Shown piece after piece: positions 1-12,053 of a stretch of 64,000 nucleotides of DNA (position 1 is the first letter of the stretch; each line of letters begins with the position of its first letter). The stretch spans positions 80,662 through 144,661 of the forward strand of contig JBFJCP010000005.1 in assembly GCA_041615815.1 (NCBI GenBank), written 5' to 3'. Under the pieces are notes generated by a model that was not told where the DNA came from, searched no databases, and saw nothing but the letters and a program-made list of their open reading frames with translations. This stretch comes from Gemmatimonadales bacterium. Its GTDB lineage: Bacteria; Gemmatimonadota; Gemmatimonadetes; Gemmatimonadales; GWC2-71-9. A program made the position numbers and the translations under genes.

Positions 1-1202
1 CCGTGAGCCAGCCAATACGTGGGTGACGGCATGATGCCCCACACTCGTTGCGGGCGCATCGTGCCAATGTCTTCGAAGCGCTCGAGCCCGTGCTGGCGGA
101 AGACCCGTGCCGCCGCGCGAATGACGTCGGTCATCATGATACCCGGCTGCACCACCGCCAGTGCCGAATCTTGAGCCTCCAGCACGATCTCATAGTAGCG
201 CCGTTGCTCGGGTGAGAACCGGCCGGACACAGGGAACGTTCGGCAAATGTCCGACGCGTACATCTGATACTCGGCTGCACCGTAGTCCACGAATAGGAGA
301 TCGCCGTCCTGCATCACCCGATCGTCGAAGTCGTATGCCTCGGATCGGAGCGTGTAGAGCGAGATGGAGGCTGGTCCGGAGGACACGATGGGCCCAAACG
401 ATGCCCGGGGCGCACCCTCGCGTTTCCACACCCATTCCATGTGTCCCGCGATGGCCAGATCCCGAAGCCCCGGGCGCGTGGCTCGCATCGCTTCGACAAG
501 GCCAGTCACGCTGATCTCCGCCGCCCGGCGCAGCGCGGCGATTTCATACGGATCCTTCACCAGCCGCAAGCGATCGATGAGTGGAGTCACGTCCGCGACG
601 CTGATATTGGGGAGACGCTCCAGGATGGCGCGTTCCAGTTGTTGGCGATAGGTGTGCGCGGCGGTGAGGCCCGACGGGACATAGAGGGTGCTCATATCTC
701 TGGTGAAAAGCACGGTATCGGCGTCACCGACGAGTGCCGAGAGATGACGGAGCAACTCGTCGATAGGATACGACTCCGCAATCCCCGTGCGGCGTTGCAC
801 TTCGGGTCCTGGGCTGAGACGCTGCACCGGCCTGTTCCACGCGGCGTGCCGAAAGCGATCGTCATCCTGCGGGTATTGGGCGCCAGCGAACTGATACGGC
901 TCGGGCAGAAAAAGTGCCTCTCGGATGCCAGTCGGTCCTGGAGCAATCACCAGAACGGCGTACGGTGATTGGATGCCCGTGAGATACCAAAAGGACGGAT
1001 CCTGGCGTGGTTCCCGGTCCCGAATGCGGTAAGCGCCCGGGACGATGATCGGTGCATTGCGGGCGAGGGCGGCGAGCCGCGCTCGCCGCTGGACAAAGAC
1101 GTCGGGCGGAAAGAAGGGGTCGGCCTGCGCATCGGCGCGTTGGACGGCACCGTCCCCCAAGACCGCGAGCATGACCACGACGCCGATCGGTTTCCAGGTC
1201 AC
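1..1202 (-). CDS. Xaa-Pro aminopeptidase (M24B / aminopeptidase P family), probably secreted; 3' end runs off the window
   Basis: Not in the ORF track because its stop lies outside the window. Read manually: GTG at 1202 after GGAGG gives MTWKPIGVVVMLAVLGDGAVQRADA-QADPFFPPDVFVQRRARL...RQDPSFWYLTG (AMP_N motif) and ...YWLAHG at the left edge. Confidence 0.8.
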   Translation of the reverse strand, partial: MTWKPIGVVVMLAVLGDGAVQRADAQADPFFPPDVFVQRRARLAALARNAPIIVPGAYRIRDREPRQDPSFWYLTGIQSPYAVLVIAPGPTGIREALFLPEPYQFAGAQYPQDDDRFRHAAWNRPVQRLSPGPEVQRRTGIAESYPIDELLRHLSALVGDADTVLFTRDMSTLYVPSGLTAAHTYRQQLERAILERLPNISVADVTPLIDRLRLVKDPYEIAALRRAAEISVTGLVEAMRATRPGLRDLAIAGHMEWVWKREGAPRASFGPIVSSGPASISLYTLRSEAYDFDDRVMQDGDLLFVDYGAAEYQMYASDICRTFPVSGRFSPEQRRYYEIVLEAQDSALAVVQPGIMMTDVIRAAARVFRQHGLERFEDIGTMRPQRVWGIMPSPTYWLAH

Positions 1203-1278
1203 GAGTGGGTTCCTCCGGATGAATGGATGCAACCGGGCGCACTTACGCCTCCGGTGGGCGTGAATATCTTTACGCGCC

Positions 1279-2430
1279 ATGCACACCGCCACCCGGACCC
1301 ACGGCTTCACGGAGTCGGTCATTCGCGGGATGACACGCTTGGCCCGTGAACACGATGCGATCAATCTCGCCCAGGGATTTCCGAATTTTCCAGCGCCCGA
1401 CGTGATGAAGGAAGCTGCGGCTCGGGCCATCCACGACGACATCAATCAGTATGCGATCACCTGGGGCGCCAAACGACTGCGTGACGCCCTTGCCAAGAAG
1501 TACCGAGCGTGGTACGGCATGCCGGTGGATCCCGAGCGCGAGATCACCGTGACCTGTGGTGCGACGGAGGCGATGGCCACGACGTTACTCTCGATCGTCG
1601 ACCCGGGTGACGAAGTGATCGTCCTCGAGCCGTTTTACGAGAATTACGGGCCCGACACCATCCTCTGCGATGCCAAGCCGGTGTTCGTGCCCATGCCCGT
1701 GGCCGCTCCCTTGGACCTCGACCGCTTGCGCGCGGCGTATTCGGCACGCACCAGAGCGGTCATCGTCAACACCCCCAACAATCCGACGGGGCGCGTGTTG
1801 GCACGCGAGGAACTGGCTGGAATTGCCGCTTTGTGCCAGGAGTTCGATGCCTACGCCGTCACGGACGAGATCTACGAGCACATCTACTACGAGGGCGAAC
1901 ACGTCCCGATCGCTACGCTGCCGGGGATGCGGGAGCGCACCATCACCATTAGCGGCGCGTCCAAGACGTTCAGTGTCACGGGGTGGCGCATCGGGACCAT
2001 CATCGCTCCGGCGAAGGTCACGGATGCGATCCGGAAGGTGCACGATTTCTTGACGGTGGGAGCCCCCGCACCCCTCCAAGAGGCTGTCGCGACGGCGCTC
2101 GAGCAACTGGGATCGGAATACTACGACGGTCTCGCAGCCGACTACCGGGCGCGACGGGACATTCTGTACCAGGGGCTGAGGAATGCCGGCTTCCGGTGCG
2201 TAGCGCCGCAGGGTGCTTACTACATGATGGCCGACTTCTCGGATCTTCGAGAATTGCCGGATGATGCTTTTGCGGCGTGGCTGACTCGGGAGATCGGCGT
2301 GGCCCCGGTCCCGGGTTCGAGTTTCTACCATCGGGCGGCGCTCGGGCGATCTACCGTCCGGTTTGCATTCTGTAAGACGGCCGATCTGCTGGAGGAGGCC
2401 GTGCGACGCCTGCAAGCCGTCCGGACCTAA
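1279..2430 (+). CDS. PLP-dependent aminotransferase class I/II
   Basis: INLAQGFPNF, NTPNNPTG, DEIYEH, SKTFSVTGWRIG (PLP lysine) motifs. Confidence 0.93.
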   Translation: MHTATRTHGFTESVIRGMTRLAREHDAINLAQGFPNFPAPDVMKEAAARAIHDDINQYAITWGAKRLRDALAKKYRAWYGMPVDPEREITVTCGATEAMATTLLSIVDPGDEVIVLEPFYENYGPDTILCDAKPVFVPMPVAAPLDLDRLRAAYSARTRAVIVNTPNNPTGRVLAREELAGIAALCQEFDAYAVTDEIYEHIYYEGEHVPIATLPGMRERTITISGASKTFSVTGWRIGTIIAPAKVTDAIRKVHDFLTVGAPAPLQEAVATALEQLGSEYYDGLAADYRARRDILYQGLRNAGFRCVAPQGAYYMMADFSDLRELPDDAFAAWLTREIGVAPVPGSSFYHRAALGRSTVRFAFCKTADLLEEAVRRLQAVRT

Positions 2431-2473
2431 CGGCCAGCTACCGCCCACCCCTCTCACCGCCTATCATCCGACC

Positions 2474-2953
2474 ATGGCGGTGCGTATTGGCATGGGGTAC
2501 GACAGCCACAGGTTCGGCGCGGATCGCGCCTTGGTCCTGGCGGGCGTGGAGATTCCCCACGAGAGGGGGCTGACGGGTCATTCCGACGGTGATGCGGTCG
2601 CACACGCCGTCACGGATGCGCTCCTGGGCGCCGCGGCCCTTGGCGATATCGGTCGGCTGTTTCCGGACACGGACCCGAGGTGGCGCAACGCCGACTCGAT
2701 GGGCATGCTGGCCGACGTGATCGAACGCCTGGCCACCTCCGGCTTCCGCGTTGCAAACGTGGACGTCACGGTCGTGACGGAGGCCCCCCGGCTTGCGCCC
2801 CACATCGATCGCATGCGCTCGCGTTTGGCGGAGGTCCTCGGCCTGCCCGTCGGATGCGTCTCGGTGAAGGCGAAAACCAACGAGCAAATGGACGCGGTTG
2901 GCGCGGGACAGGGTCTGCTAGTGTTGGCCGTCGCGGCCGTGGAGGGTGAGTAG
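2474..2953 (+). CDS. ispF: 2-C-methyl-D-erythritol 2,4-cyclodiphosphate synthase
   Basis: RIGMGYDSHRF, GHSDGDAVAHA, GDIGRLFPDTD, VSVKAKTNE; start at ATG 2474. Confidence 0.96.
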   Translation: MAVRIGMGYDSHRFGADRALVLAGVEIPHERGLTGHSDGDAVAHAVTDALLGAAALGDIGRLFPDTDPRWRNADSMGMLADVIERLATSGFRVANVDVTVVTEAPRLAPHIDRMRSRLAEVLGLPVGCVSVKAKTNEQMDAVGAGQGLLVLAVAAVEGE

Positions 2954-2955
2954 CG

Positions 2956-3651
2956 CTGCTCGAGGATCTCCTGCAACGCCTGCTGGCACTCCCAGTGTCC
3001 GCGGTCTACATCGTGATCGGTGCGCTCGCGGCGACCGAGAACGTGTTCCCGCCGGTTCCTGCGGACACGGTCGTCGCCCTCGGTGTGTTTCTGTCTCACT
3101 TCGGCGAGATTTCCGCCAGCGTCGTCTTCGCGGTCACGTGGACTACGAATGTCGGCGCCGCCGCCGCCGTCTACGTGGCCGCGCGGACGCTCGGGCGGAG
3201 CTTTTTCACCGGCCGGCTCGGCCGGCGATTGCTGCGGCCACGTGCGCTGGGGCGGTTGGAGGATTTGTACAAGAGACACGGTGTCTGGGGAATCTTCGTG
3301 AGCCGCTTCATTCCGGGTGTCCGCGCGGTGGTTCCGCCGTTTGCGGGGATTGCCGGACTGGGGGCGGCCAGGGCGCTGATCCCCATGGCGCTTGCGTCCG
3401 CGATTTGGTATGGAGCCATCACGATCGCGGTCGTGCTCCTGGCCACGCGGTTGAGCGACGTGGCGCGGCTGCTCGCGGGTTTGAACCGTGTGGCCATTAT
3501 CGCGGCGGTGGGCGCGGCGGTATTCGTCGTTGTGTTTGCGCTCGTCCGGCATCAGATCACGGGCCGCGGGAAGGAACGCGGCGGCGGGCGGACGGCGCCG
3601 AGCGTTTCGAGTCCCGACGGCGGTGACCACCGGGGGACTGCAGACGGGTGA
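2956..3651 (+). CDS. DedA family membrane protein
   Basis: ENVFPPVPADTVV and FVSRFIPGVR motifs. ORF track starts at GTG 2995, but the reading frame extends to CTG 2956 (see findings). Confidence 0.85.
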   Translation: MLEDLLQRLLALPVSAVYIVIGALAATENVFPPVPADTVVALGVFLSHFGEISASVVFAVTWTTNVGAAAAVYVAARTLGRSFFTGRLGRRLLRPRALGRLEDLYKRHGVWGIFVSRFIPGVRAVVPPFAGIAGLGAARALIPMALASAIWYGAITIAVVLLATRLSDVARLLAGLNRVAIIAAVGAAVFVVVFALVRHQITGRGKERGGGRTAPSVSSPDGGDHRGTADG

Positions 3652-4562
3652 GCGCGTTGCAAGCGGAGTGGGACCGAGCGTTTTGGATCGAGGGATTCGA
3701 GGACTATCTCCGCGCGGAAGCCGGGAGCAGCGGCAACACGGTGGATGCGTATCTGCGCGACACACGGCGCTTAGCGGCGTTCGCCCGTTCGAAAGGCGTC
3801 GAGGGGCCGGAGCGAGTTACCCCAACCGTGCTGCGTGATTTTGTATTCCAATTGAAGGATCTCGGGTTGGCCGCCACGAGCATCCGGCGGCAGATCTCCG
3901 TGGTGCGAACGTACTTCCGGTTTCTCGTCGGGGAAGGCCGCCTTTCGTCGGATCCGAGCACGCAGCTGGAAACTCCCAAGACCTGGCGCAAGCTTCCCGA
4001 CGTCCTGTCTGCTGAAGAAGCCGAAGCGCTCTTGGGGGCACCGAGTGCTGACGAGCCCCTGGTCTGGCGCGATCGGGCGTTGCTGGAAGTGGCGTATGCC
4101 ACCGGTGTTCGCGTCTCCGAGCTGGTTGGCCTGGTGCTGGGAGACGTCTGGTTCGACGATGGGCTGATTCGCGTCATGGGGAAAGGCGCCAAAGAGCGGC
4201 TGGTACCGATTGGACGTCGCGCGCTCGGTGCTGCCGCCGTCTACGCTCGCGAGACCCGCCCGACCCTGGATCGTGGGAAGACCGCGGACCGTTTCTTTCT
4301 CAATGCGCGCGGTGGTCCGCTGAGCCGGGTAGGGGTGTGGGGCATCGTCAAACGCTGTGCACGGCGGGCGGGCATCGCCAAGCGGGTGTCCCCGCACACG
4401 CTGCGGCACACGTTCGCCACTCACCTCTTGGAAGGCGGTGCCGATCTGCGGGCGGTGCAGGAAATGCTCGGGCACGCGGACCTCTCGACGACGCAGATCT
4501 ATACGCACGTGGACCGCGACTATCTGCGAACGGTGCATCAGACCTACCACCCACGCGCATGA
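3648..4562 (+). CDS. xerD: Site-specific tyrosine recombinase XerD
   Basis: RDRALLEVAYATGVRVSEL, GKGAKERLVPIG, SPHTLRHTFATHLLEGGADLRAVQEMLGHADLSTTQIYTHV. Confidence 0.92.
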   Translation: MSALQAEWDRAFWIEGFEDYLRAEAGSSGNTVDAYLRDTRRLAAFARSKGVEGPERVTPTVLRDFVFQLKDLGLAATSIRRQISVVRTYFRFLVGEGRLSSDPSTQLETPKTWRKLPDVLSAEEAEALLGAPSADEPLVWRDRALLEVAYATGVRVSELVGLVLGDVWFDDGLIRVMGKGAKERLVPIGRRALGAAAVYARETRPTLDRGKTADRFFLNARGGPLSRVGVWGIVKRCARRAGIAKRVSPHTLRHTFATHLLEGGADLRAVQEMLGHADLSTTQIYTHVDRDYLRTVHQTYHPRA

Positions 4563-5146
4563 GAGTCTTCGTACTCGACAACTACGACTCGTTCACCTAT
4601 AACCTCGTGCAGTATCTGGGAGAGCTCGGGGCGGATCCCGTGGTGCGGCGAAATGACGCCGTCACCGTGGATGACGTGATGGCATTGCAGCCGGACGCCG
4701 TCGTCGTATCGCCCGGTCCCGGCGTCCCGGGACAGGCCGGGATCAGCATTCCGCTGGTGCGTGCGGCCGCAGACGTCTTGCCGGTGCTCGGGGTTTGTCT
4801 GGGGCATCAGGCGATCGCGGAAGCGTTTGGGGGGCGGGTGATGGCCGCCGCGCGACTCATGCACGGAAAGACGTCGCCGATCGTCCATCGCGGGGGCGGG
4901 CTCTTCGCTGGTCTCCCCACACCGCTCGTCGCCATGCGCTACCACTCCTTATTGGCGGACCCGTCGGTCATCCCCGTTGAGCTCGAGGTCACCGCGTGGA
5001 CAGAGGACCGTGCGCCGGGTGAGGAGATCATGGGCCTCGCGCACCGCACGAAGCGTGTGTGGGGTGTGCAGTTCCATCCGGAATCGGTGGGAACCGTCGA
5101 GGGACGAGCGCTGATCGGCAACTTCCTGAGGCTCGCGATGGGGTGA
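4559..5146 (+). CDS. Anthranilate/aminodeoxychorismate synthase component II (TrpG/PabA glutamine amidotransferase)
   Basis: LDNYDSFTYNLVQY, SPGPG, GVCLGHQ, RYHSL, GVQFHPES; ATGA overlap with xerD stop. Confidence 0.93.
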   Translation: MRVFVLDNYDSFTYNLVQYLGELGADPVVRRNDAVTVDDVMALQPDAVVVSPGPGVPGQAGISIPLVRAAADVLPVLGVCLGHQAIAEAFGGRVMAAARLMHGKTSPIVHRGGGLFAGLPTPLVAMRYHSLLADPSVIPVELEVTAWTEDRAPGEEIMGLAHRTKRVWGVQFHPESVGTVEGRALIGNFLRLAMG

Positions 5147-5235
5147 CGGGCCGTGCTCCGCAGGGGCGGAGAGGGCTGCTAGCTGCGGCTGTCGGCCGCC
5201 GCGCAGCGGCAAATAAGTCATGATATTATAAGTAG

Positions 5236-7689
<2,454 letters not shown>

Positions 7690-7690
7690 C

Positions 7691-8509
7691 ATGAGCATCG
7701 GACGGTCGCCGGCGCCGGTGCTGATGGCCGGCCCGTGCGTCCTCGAGACGGAGACGGTCAATCTCTCCGTTGCCGACGTCCTGGCCGAGCTCGCTGCGAA
7801 GCTCGGCCTTCGCGTCGTATTCAAGGGGAGCTTCGACAAGGCGAATCGCTCGCGGCTGGCGTCGCCGCGCGGGCCGGGGCTGGAGACGGGTCTCACGGCG
7901 CTTCGCCGCGTCCGCGATATCAGCGGTCTGCCGGTGATGACGGACGTCCACGAGGTGTGGCAAGTGGGATTGGTGGCTGAAGTAGTCGACGTGCTGCAGA
8001 TCCCGGCGTTTCTGAGCCGCCAGACCGATCTCTTGATGGCCGCCGGTGGGAGTGGGCGTGCGGTGAACATTAAGAAGGGGCAGTGGATGTCACCAGAGGC
8101 TGTGCAGGGCGCCGTCGAGAAGGTACGGGCAGCGGGGGGAAATGAGATAACCGTCACAGAGCGGGGCACGGCTTTCGGGTATGGTGACCTCGTCGTTGAC
8201 ATGCGGAGCTTCGCTCGTCTGCGACGAGCCACTGGCGTGCCGGCCCTCTTCGATGCCACCCACGCGGTGCAGCAACCAGGTTCGGGGCCGGCAGGAGTCA
8301 CGGGAGGGGCTCGGGAGCACGTCCCGGTGCTTCTCTTGGGCGCGGCGGCCGCCGGCGCCGACGGCTTCTTCATTGAGACGCATCCCGCACCGGCCACCGC
8401 GCCGAGTGACGCGGCCACTATGTGGCCGTTGGGGGAGCTCGCGCCGCTGGTGGAGCGAGCTCTCGACGTCTGGCACGCAGCCCGAGTCAAAGGAGCCATG
8501 ACATGCTAG
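7691..8509 (+). CDS. kdsA: Kdo-8-phosphate synthase
   Basis: AGPCVLE, FDKANRS, QIPAFLSRQTDLL, NIKKGQ, FDATHAVQQPG. Confidence 0.95.
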   Translation: MSIGRSPAPVLMAGPCVLETETVNLSVADVLAELAAKLGLRVVFKGSFDKANRSRLASPRGPGLETGLTALRRVRDISGLPVMTDVHEVWQVGLVAEVVDVLQIPAFLSRQTDLLMAAGGSGRAVNIKKGQWMSPEAVQGAVEKVRAAGGNEITVTERGTAFGYGDLVVDMRSFARLRRATGVPALFDATHAVQQPGSGPAGVTGGAREHVPVLLLGAAAAGADGFFIETHPAPATAPSDAATMWPLGELAPLVERALDVWHAARVKGAMTC

Positions 8510-9075
8510 ACCCACTGATTGCCAAGCGCGTGCAGCTCGTGGGTCTCGACGTGGATGGTGTCATGACGGACGGTGGGGTGTATATGGGGGAGGTGGCGTC
8601 CCAGCCCGTCGAGCTCAAGCGGTTCGATATCCGGGACAACATCGGGGTTCGGTTTCTGCGTGCGGCTGGGATCAAAGTGGTGATCGTGAGCGGACGGGTC
8701 TCGCCAGCCACGCGGCTTCGAGCAGAGGATTTGGGGGTGGACGAAGTGATCCAAGACGATCAGGCGCAGAAACTCCCAGCCTTCGAGGAAATGTTGTCAC
8801 GTTTCGGGGTGCGAATCAAGGACTGCGCGTTCGTGGGAGACGATCTCCCGGATCTTCCGATTCTCCGGCGCGTGGGTTTGGCCGTGGCGGTGGCCAACGC
8901 CACGACGGAAGTGCTCGCGGCGGCGGATTACACCACCGAGGCGAGCGGTGGCCGAGGAGCGGTCCGTGAGTTTGCGGAAGAACTGCTGCGGGCCCGAGAC
9001 CAGTGGGAAGAGGTCATGCAACGATATCTGGCGGAGCGTGGTGACGTCGCGGGGAGGAGCCTCGGTGTGGGGTAG
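8503..9075 (+). CDS. kdsC: Kdo-8-phosphate phosphatase (HAD family)
   Basis: LDVDGVMTDG, FVGDDLPDL, GGRGAVREFAE. Confidence 0.92.
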   Translation: MLDPLIAKRVQLVGLDVDGVMTDGGVYMGEVASQPVELKRFDIRDNIGVRFLRAAGIKVVIVSGRVSPATRLRAEDLGVDEVIQDDQAQKLPAFEEMLSRFGVRIKDCAFVGDDLPDLPILRRVGLAVAVANATTEVLAAADYTTEASGGRGAVREFAEELLRARDQWEEVMQRYLAERGDVAGRSLGVG

Positions 9076-9616
9076 TCGCGTGACCATTCCCCTCGTGGTG
9101 GTCCTGGGGGCCATCGCGCTGGCGTGTGGCGGCACGGCGGGTCCTCCCACGACCGTGGCGGCGGCGGACACCGCGGATCAAGTGCTCTTTGGCCTGAACC
9201 ACAATCTGACTATCGATGGTGTGCTCCGCATTCGTCTGCAAGCGGATTCCGCGTGGTTCTACGACGCGACGCAGACGGCCGAACTCTTTGGGGTAACCGT
9301 GGAGTTCCTCTCGCCGGAAGGCAAGCTCACGACGACGTTGACCTCCACTGACGGCACGTACTACTGGCGCACCGGCGACATGCAGGCTCGGGGGAACGTC
9401 GTGGCCGTGACACCGGACAAGAAGCGGCTCACCACGGAGATCCTCAACTACAGCCGCCCGCGTCACGAGATCAATGGGCCCGAGGCCTTCGTATTCGATG
9501 CCCCCGATCGACACTTGGAGGGCGACGGCTTCACGGCGGATCCCGAGTTCGAGAACGTGGAAGCAACGGGCGCCCGGCGGGGAACGATTCGCAGCGTGGA
9601 GCTCCGGAGACAATGA
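9065..9616 (+). CDS. lptC: LPS export ABC transporter periplasmic protein LptC
   Basis: Position between kdsC and lptA/lptB; beta-jellyroll-like sequence (ARGNVVAVT, LTTEILNY, LEGDGF); GGAGGAG RBS before GTG 9065; N-terminal hydrophobic helix ending IALAC. Confidence 0.78.
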   Translation: MWGSRVTIPLVVVLGAIALACGGTAGPPTTVAAADTADQVLFGLNHNLTIDGVLRIRLQADSAWFYDATQTAELFGVTVEFLSPEGKLTTTLTSTDGTYYWRTGDMQARGNVVAVTPDKKRLTTEILNYSRPRHEINGPEAFVFDAPDRHLEGDGFTADPEFENVEATGARRGTIRSVELRRQ

Positions 9617-10875
9617 CCCGGGCGATCGTGGCAGCGACCGCGTGGTGGGTGGTGGCCTGGTCGGTTCCCGCGCAGGCGCAGCAGGGTGCCTGCCGGCCGG
9701 TGTTGGATCGGGCAACGACCATGCGATCGCAAGCCGGGGGCGTTCGGTCGTTCTGGAGTGGTGGAGTTTGGGCGCGGTGTGCCAATCAACCAACGACGAT
9801 GTATGCCGACAGCGTGGCGTGGTACGGTGATCTCAACCGCATGGATTTCGTGGGGCGCGTAGCGTTTCAGGATTCCACGGTCTCGCTCGATGCGCAACGG
9901 GCCAACTACTACCCGGGCGACGAACGTATCGAGGCGTTCGGCAGCGTCCGGCTCGTGAATCGGGTCACCGGATCGGTGCTGACCGGTCCGCGTCTCACCT
10001 ATTGGCGTGCGGCGGCCGGGTTGCGTCCGTTCAGCGAGCTCTATTCCTCCGGGCGTCCCCGCGTCGAGTACCGCACTCCAGCAGACACCTCCGCGGAGCC
10101 GTACGTGATCGACGGTGACCGGGTGCGCCTCCGGGGTGCAGGACTCGCGTTCGCGGCGGGCACCGTCACGATCACCCGCAGCACCATCGACGCCAAGAGC
10201 GACAGTGCGATGCTGGACGTGGATCGCGGGCTCGGTGCGCTGGTGGGGCGCGCGGAAACGGCGGGTGGCGGAGATACCGCACGATACCGCATCGGCGGCG
10301 ATCGGCTCGATTTTCGACTCACCGGCGGATCCGTGAGTTGGGTCCAGGCTCGAGAGGGAGCGGAAGCGCAAAGCGCGGATTGGCGCGTGCTCGGCGATAC
10401 GATCGAATTCGTTCTGGAGGACGATCTCGTGCAAGCGGGAGCCGCGTGGGGCGACTCCAAGCAGCCCCAGGCGATTTCCGCGACGCAGACGATCGAGGCA
10501 GATTCGCTCGCCATCGACGCGCCGGATCAGATCCTCACCGAGGTCCGCGCATTCGGGCGGGCGAAAGCGACGGCTCGCGATACCGTGCGGTTGGAAAACG
10601 ATTGGATGTCCGGGGACACCGTCATTGCGCGTTTCGATAGCGTCGCCACCGGCAACCGTCAGCTCACACGCCTCGAGGCACGCAACAATGCCCGTGCGTT
10701 CTATCACGTATACGATCTCGCCAACCCGGGACGTCCGCCCGCGATCAACTACAGCCGGGGTCGACACATCACTGCTCGATTCCGTGAGGATGGGGGGCTC
10801 GATCGGGTCGACGTCGTAGGCGCGGCGGACGGTGTGTACCTCGAGCCGGTACCGGCAGGACGGCAGCAACCATGA
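9613..10875 (+). CDS. LptA/OstA-like periplasmic LPS transport protein (long form, 420 aa)
   Basis: Signal peptide (AQA-QQ); repeated beta-strand ADS/GD motifs typical of OstA jellyrolls; lies between lptC and lptB. Confidence 0.75.
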   Translation: MTRAIVAATAWWVVAWSVPAQAQQGACRPVLDRATTMRSQAGGVRSFWSGGVWARCANQPTTMYADSVAWYGDLNRMDFVGRVAFQDSTVSLDAQRANYYPGDERIEAFGSVRLVNRVTGSVLTGPRLTYWRAAAGLRPFSELYSSGRPRVEYRTPADTSAEPYVIDGDRVRLRGAGLAFAAGTVTITRSTIDAKSDSAMLDVDRGLGALVGRAETAGGGDTARYRIGGDRLDFRLTGGSVSWVQAREGAEAQSADWRVLGDTIEFVLEDDLVQAGAAWGDSKQPQAISATQTIEADSLAIDAPDQILTEVRAFGRAKATARDTVRLENDWMSGDTVIARFDSVATGNRQLTRLEARNNARAFYHVYDLANPGRPPAINYSRGRHITARFREDGGLDRVDVVGAADGVYLEPVPAGRQQP

Positions 10876-12053
10876 TAGAGCGGCTCCGGCTTGCACTCGC
10901 GGGGAAGGATCCCTCGTTGGCGTTAGCGGTGGCGTCGTTGCTTCGAAGCGCCGACTCTGAGGGTGCCACGCCCCTCGAGCAATTGGCCGTGGTGTATCGG
11001 GAGGCTTACCTGGAGCTCCAACAACGTCAGTTGGGCGATGCTTCCAGGCAACGCGGCGTCCTATCCGTGGACGAGGTCCGGCGGCACCTCGCGGCGTCGG
11101 TGCTCCCCCGACTCGTCGGGGAAGGCATTCTGGAGAGGCTTCCCCACCCGCTGGAGCCGGCAGCGCCGATACGCGCTGCCCGGGGACTTTGGGATCAGCT
11201 CGCTCCGCAGCGGGATCGGGCACGGGAGCATTTGCTCGAGTTGGCGCTGGAAGCCGTACGACGAGCGGAGGCGGCGGGGACGGAAACACCGGAGGCGGGT
11301 GGCAGTACCCTCTCGGCGCTCGGACTCACCAAGGTCTACCGGCGGCGCACGGTGGTCGATCGAGTGCACCTCGATGTGCGCCAGGGTGAAATCGTGGGTC
11401 TTCTGGGTCCCAACGGGGCGGGGAAGACCACAACCTTCTATATGATGGTGGGGCTCGTGCGTCCCGATGAGGGCCGCATCTTCATCAACGACGAGGACAT
11501 TTCGAGCCTCCCGATGTATCGCCGGGCGCGTCGCGGCATCGGGTATCTCGCGCAGGAGCCGTCGATCTTCCGCAAGCTGACCGTCGAGCAGAATGTGCTG
11601 GCGATTCTCGAAACGCTCCGGTTGTCGGACACGGAACGGCACCGGCGGCTCGAAACCCTACTGGACGAGCTTTCGATCAAACATCTTCGCAAGACCAAAG
11701 CCTACAAACTCTCGGGAGGAGAGCGCCGTCGGCTCGAGATCACGCGGGCCCTGGTGACCCAGCCGAAGTTCATGCTGCTGGACGAGCCATTTGCTGGGGT
11801 GGATCCCATCGCCGTTCACGATATCCAGACCATCGTGGCCGGGCTCCGCGGGCGGGGCATTGGGCTCCTGGTCACCGACCACAATGTCGAACAAACGCTG
11901 GACATCGTGGACCGGGCCTACATCATGTTCGAGGGTCAGGTGCAGGTTGCCGGGACGGTTCGAGACCTGGTGTTCAACGATCGCGTCGCGGACCTCTATC
12001 TCGGTCCGACGTTGACGTCGCGACTGCGGCAGCGGCTCGGGGAGGCGGCATGA
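10872..12053 (+). CDS. lptB: LPS export ABC transporter ATP-binding protein LptB with about 145-aa N-terminal extension
   Basis: [55 protein letters not shown]. Confidence 0.93.
   Translation: MIERLRLALAGKDPSLALAVASLLRSADSEGATPLEQLAVVYREAYLELQQRQLGDASRQRGVLSVDEVRRHLAASVLPRLVGEGILERLPHPLEPAAPIRAARGLWDQLAPQRDRAREHLLELALEAVRRAEAAGTETPEAGGSTLSALGLTKVYRRRTVVDRVHLDVRQGEIVGLLGPNGAGKTTTFYMMVGLVRPDEGRIFINDEDISSLPMYRRARRGIGYLAQEPSIFRKLTVEQNVLAILETLRLSDTERHRRLETLLDELSIKHLRKTKAYKLSGGERRRLEITRALVTQPKFMLLDEPFAGVDPIAVHDIQTIVAGLRGRGIGLLVTDHNVEQTLDIVDRAYIMFEGQVQVAGTVRDLVFNDRVADLYLGPTLTSRLRQRLGEAA

Noticed and set aside
3648..4562. Tyrosine recombinase as a possible prophage or island integrase
   Set aside because: Sequence is typical housekeeping XerD, flanked by core genes, with no att repeats or cargo
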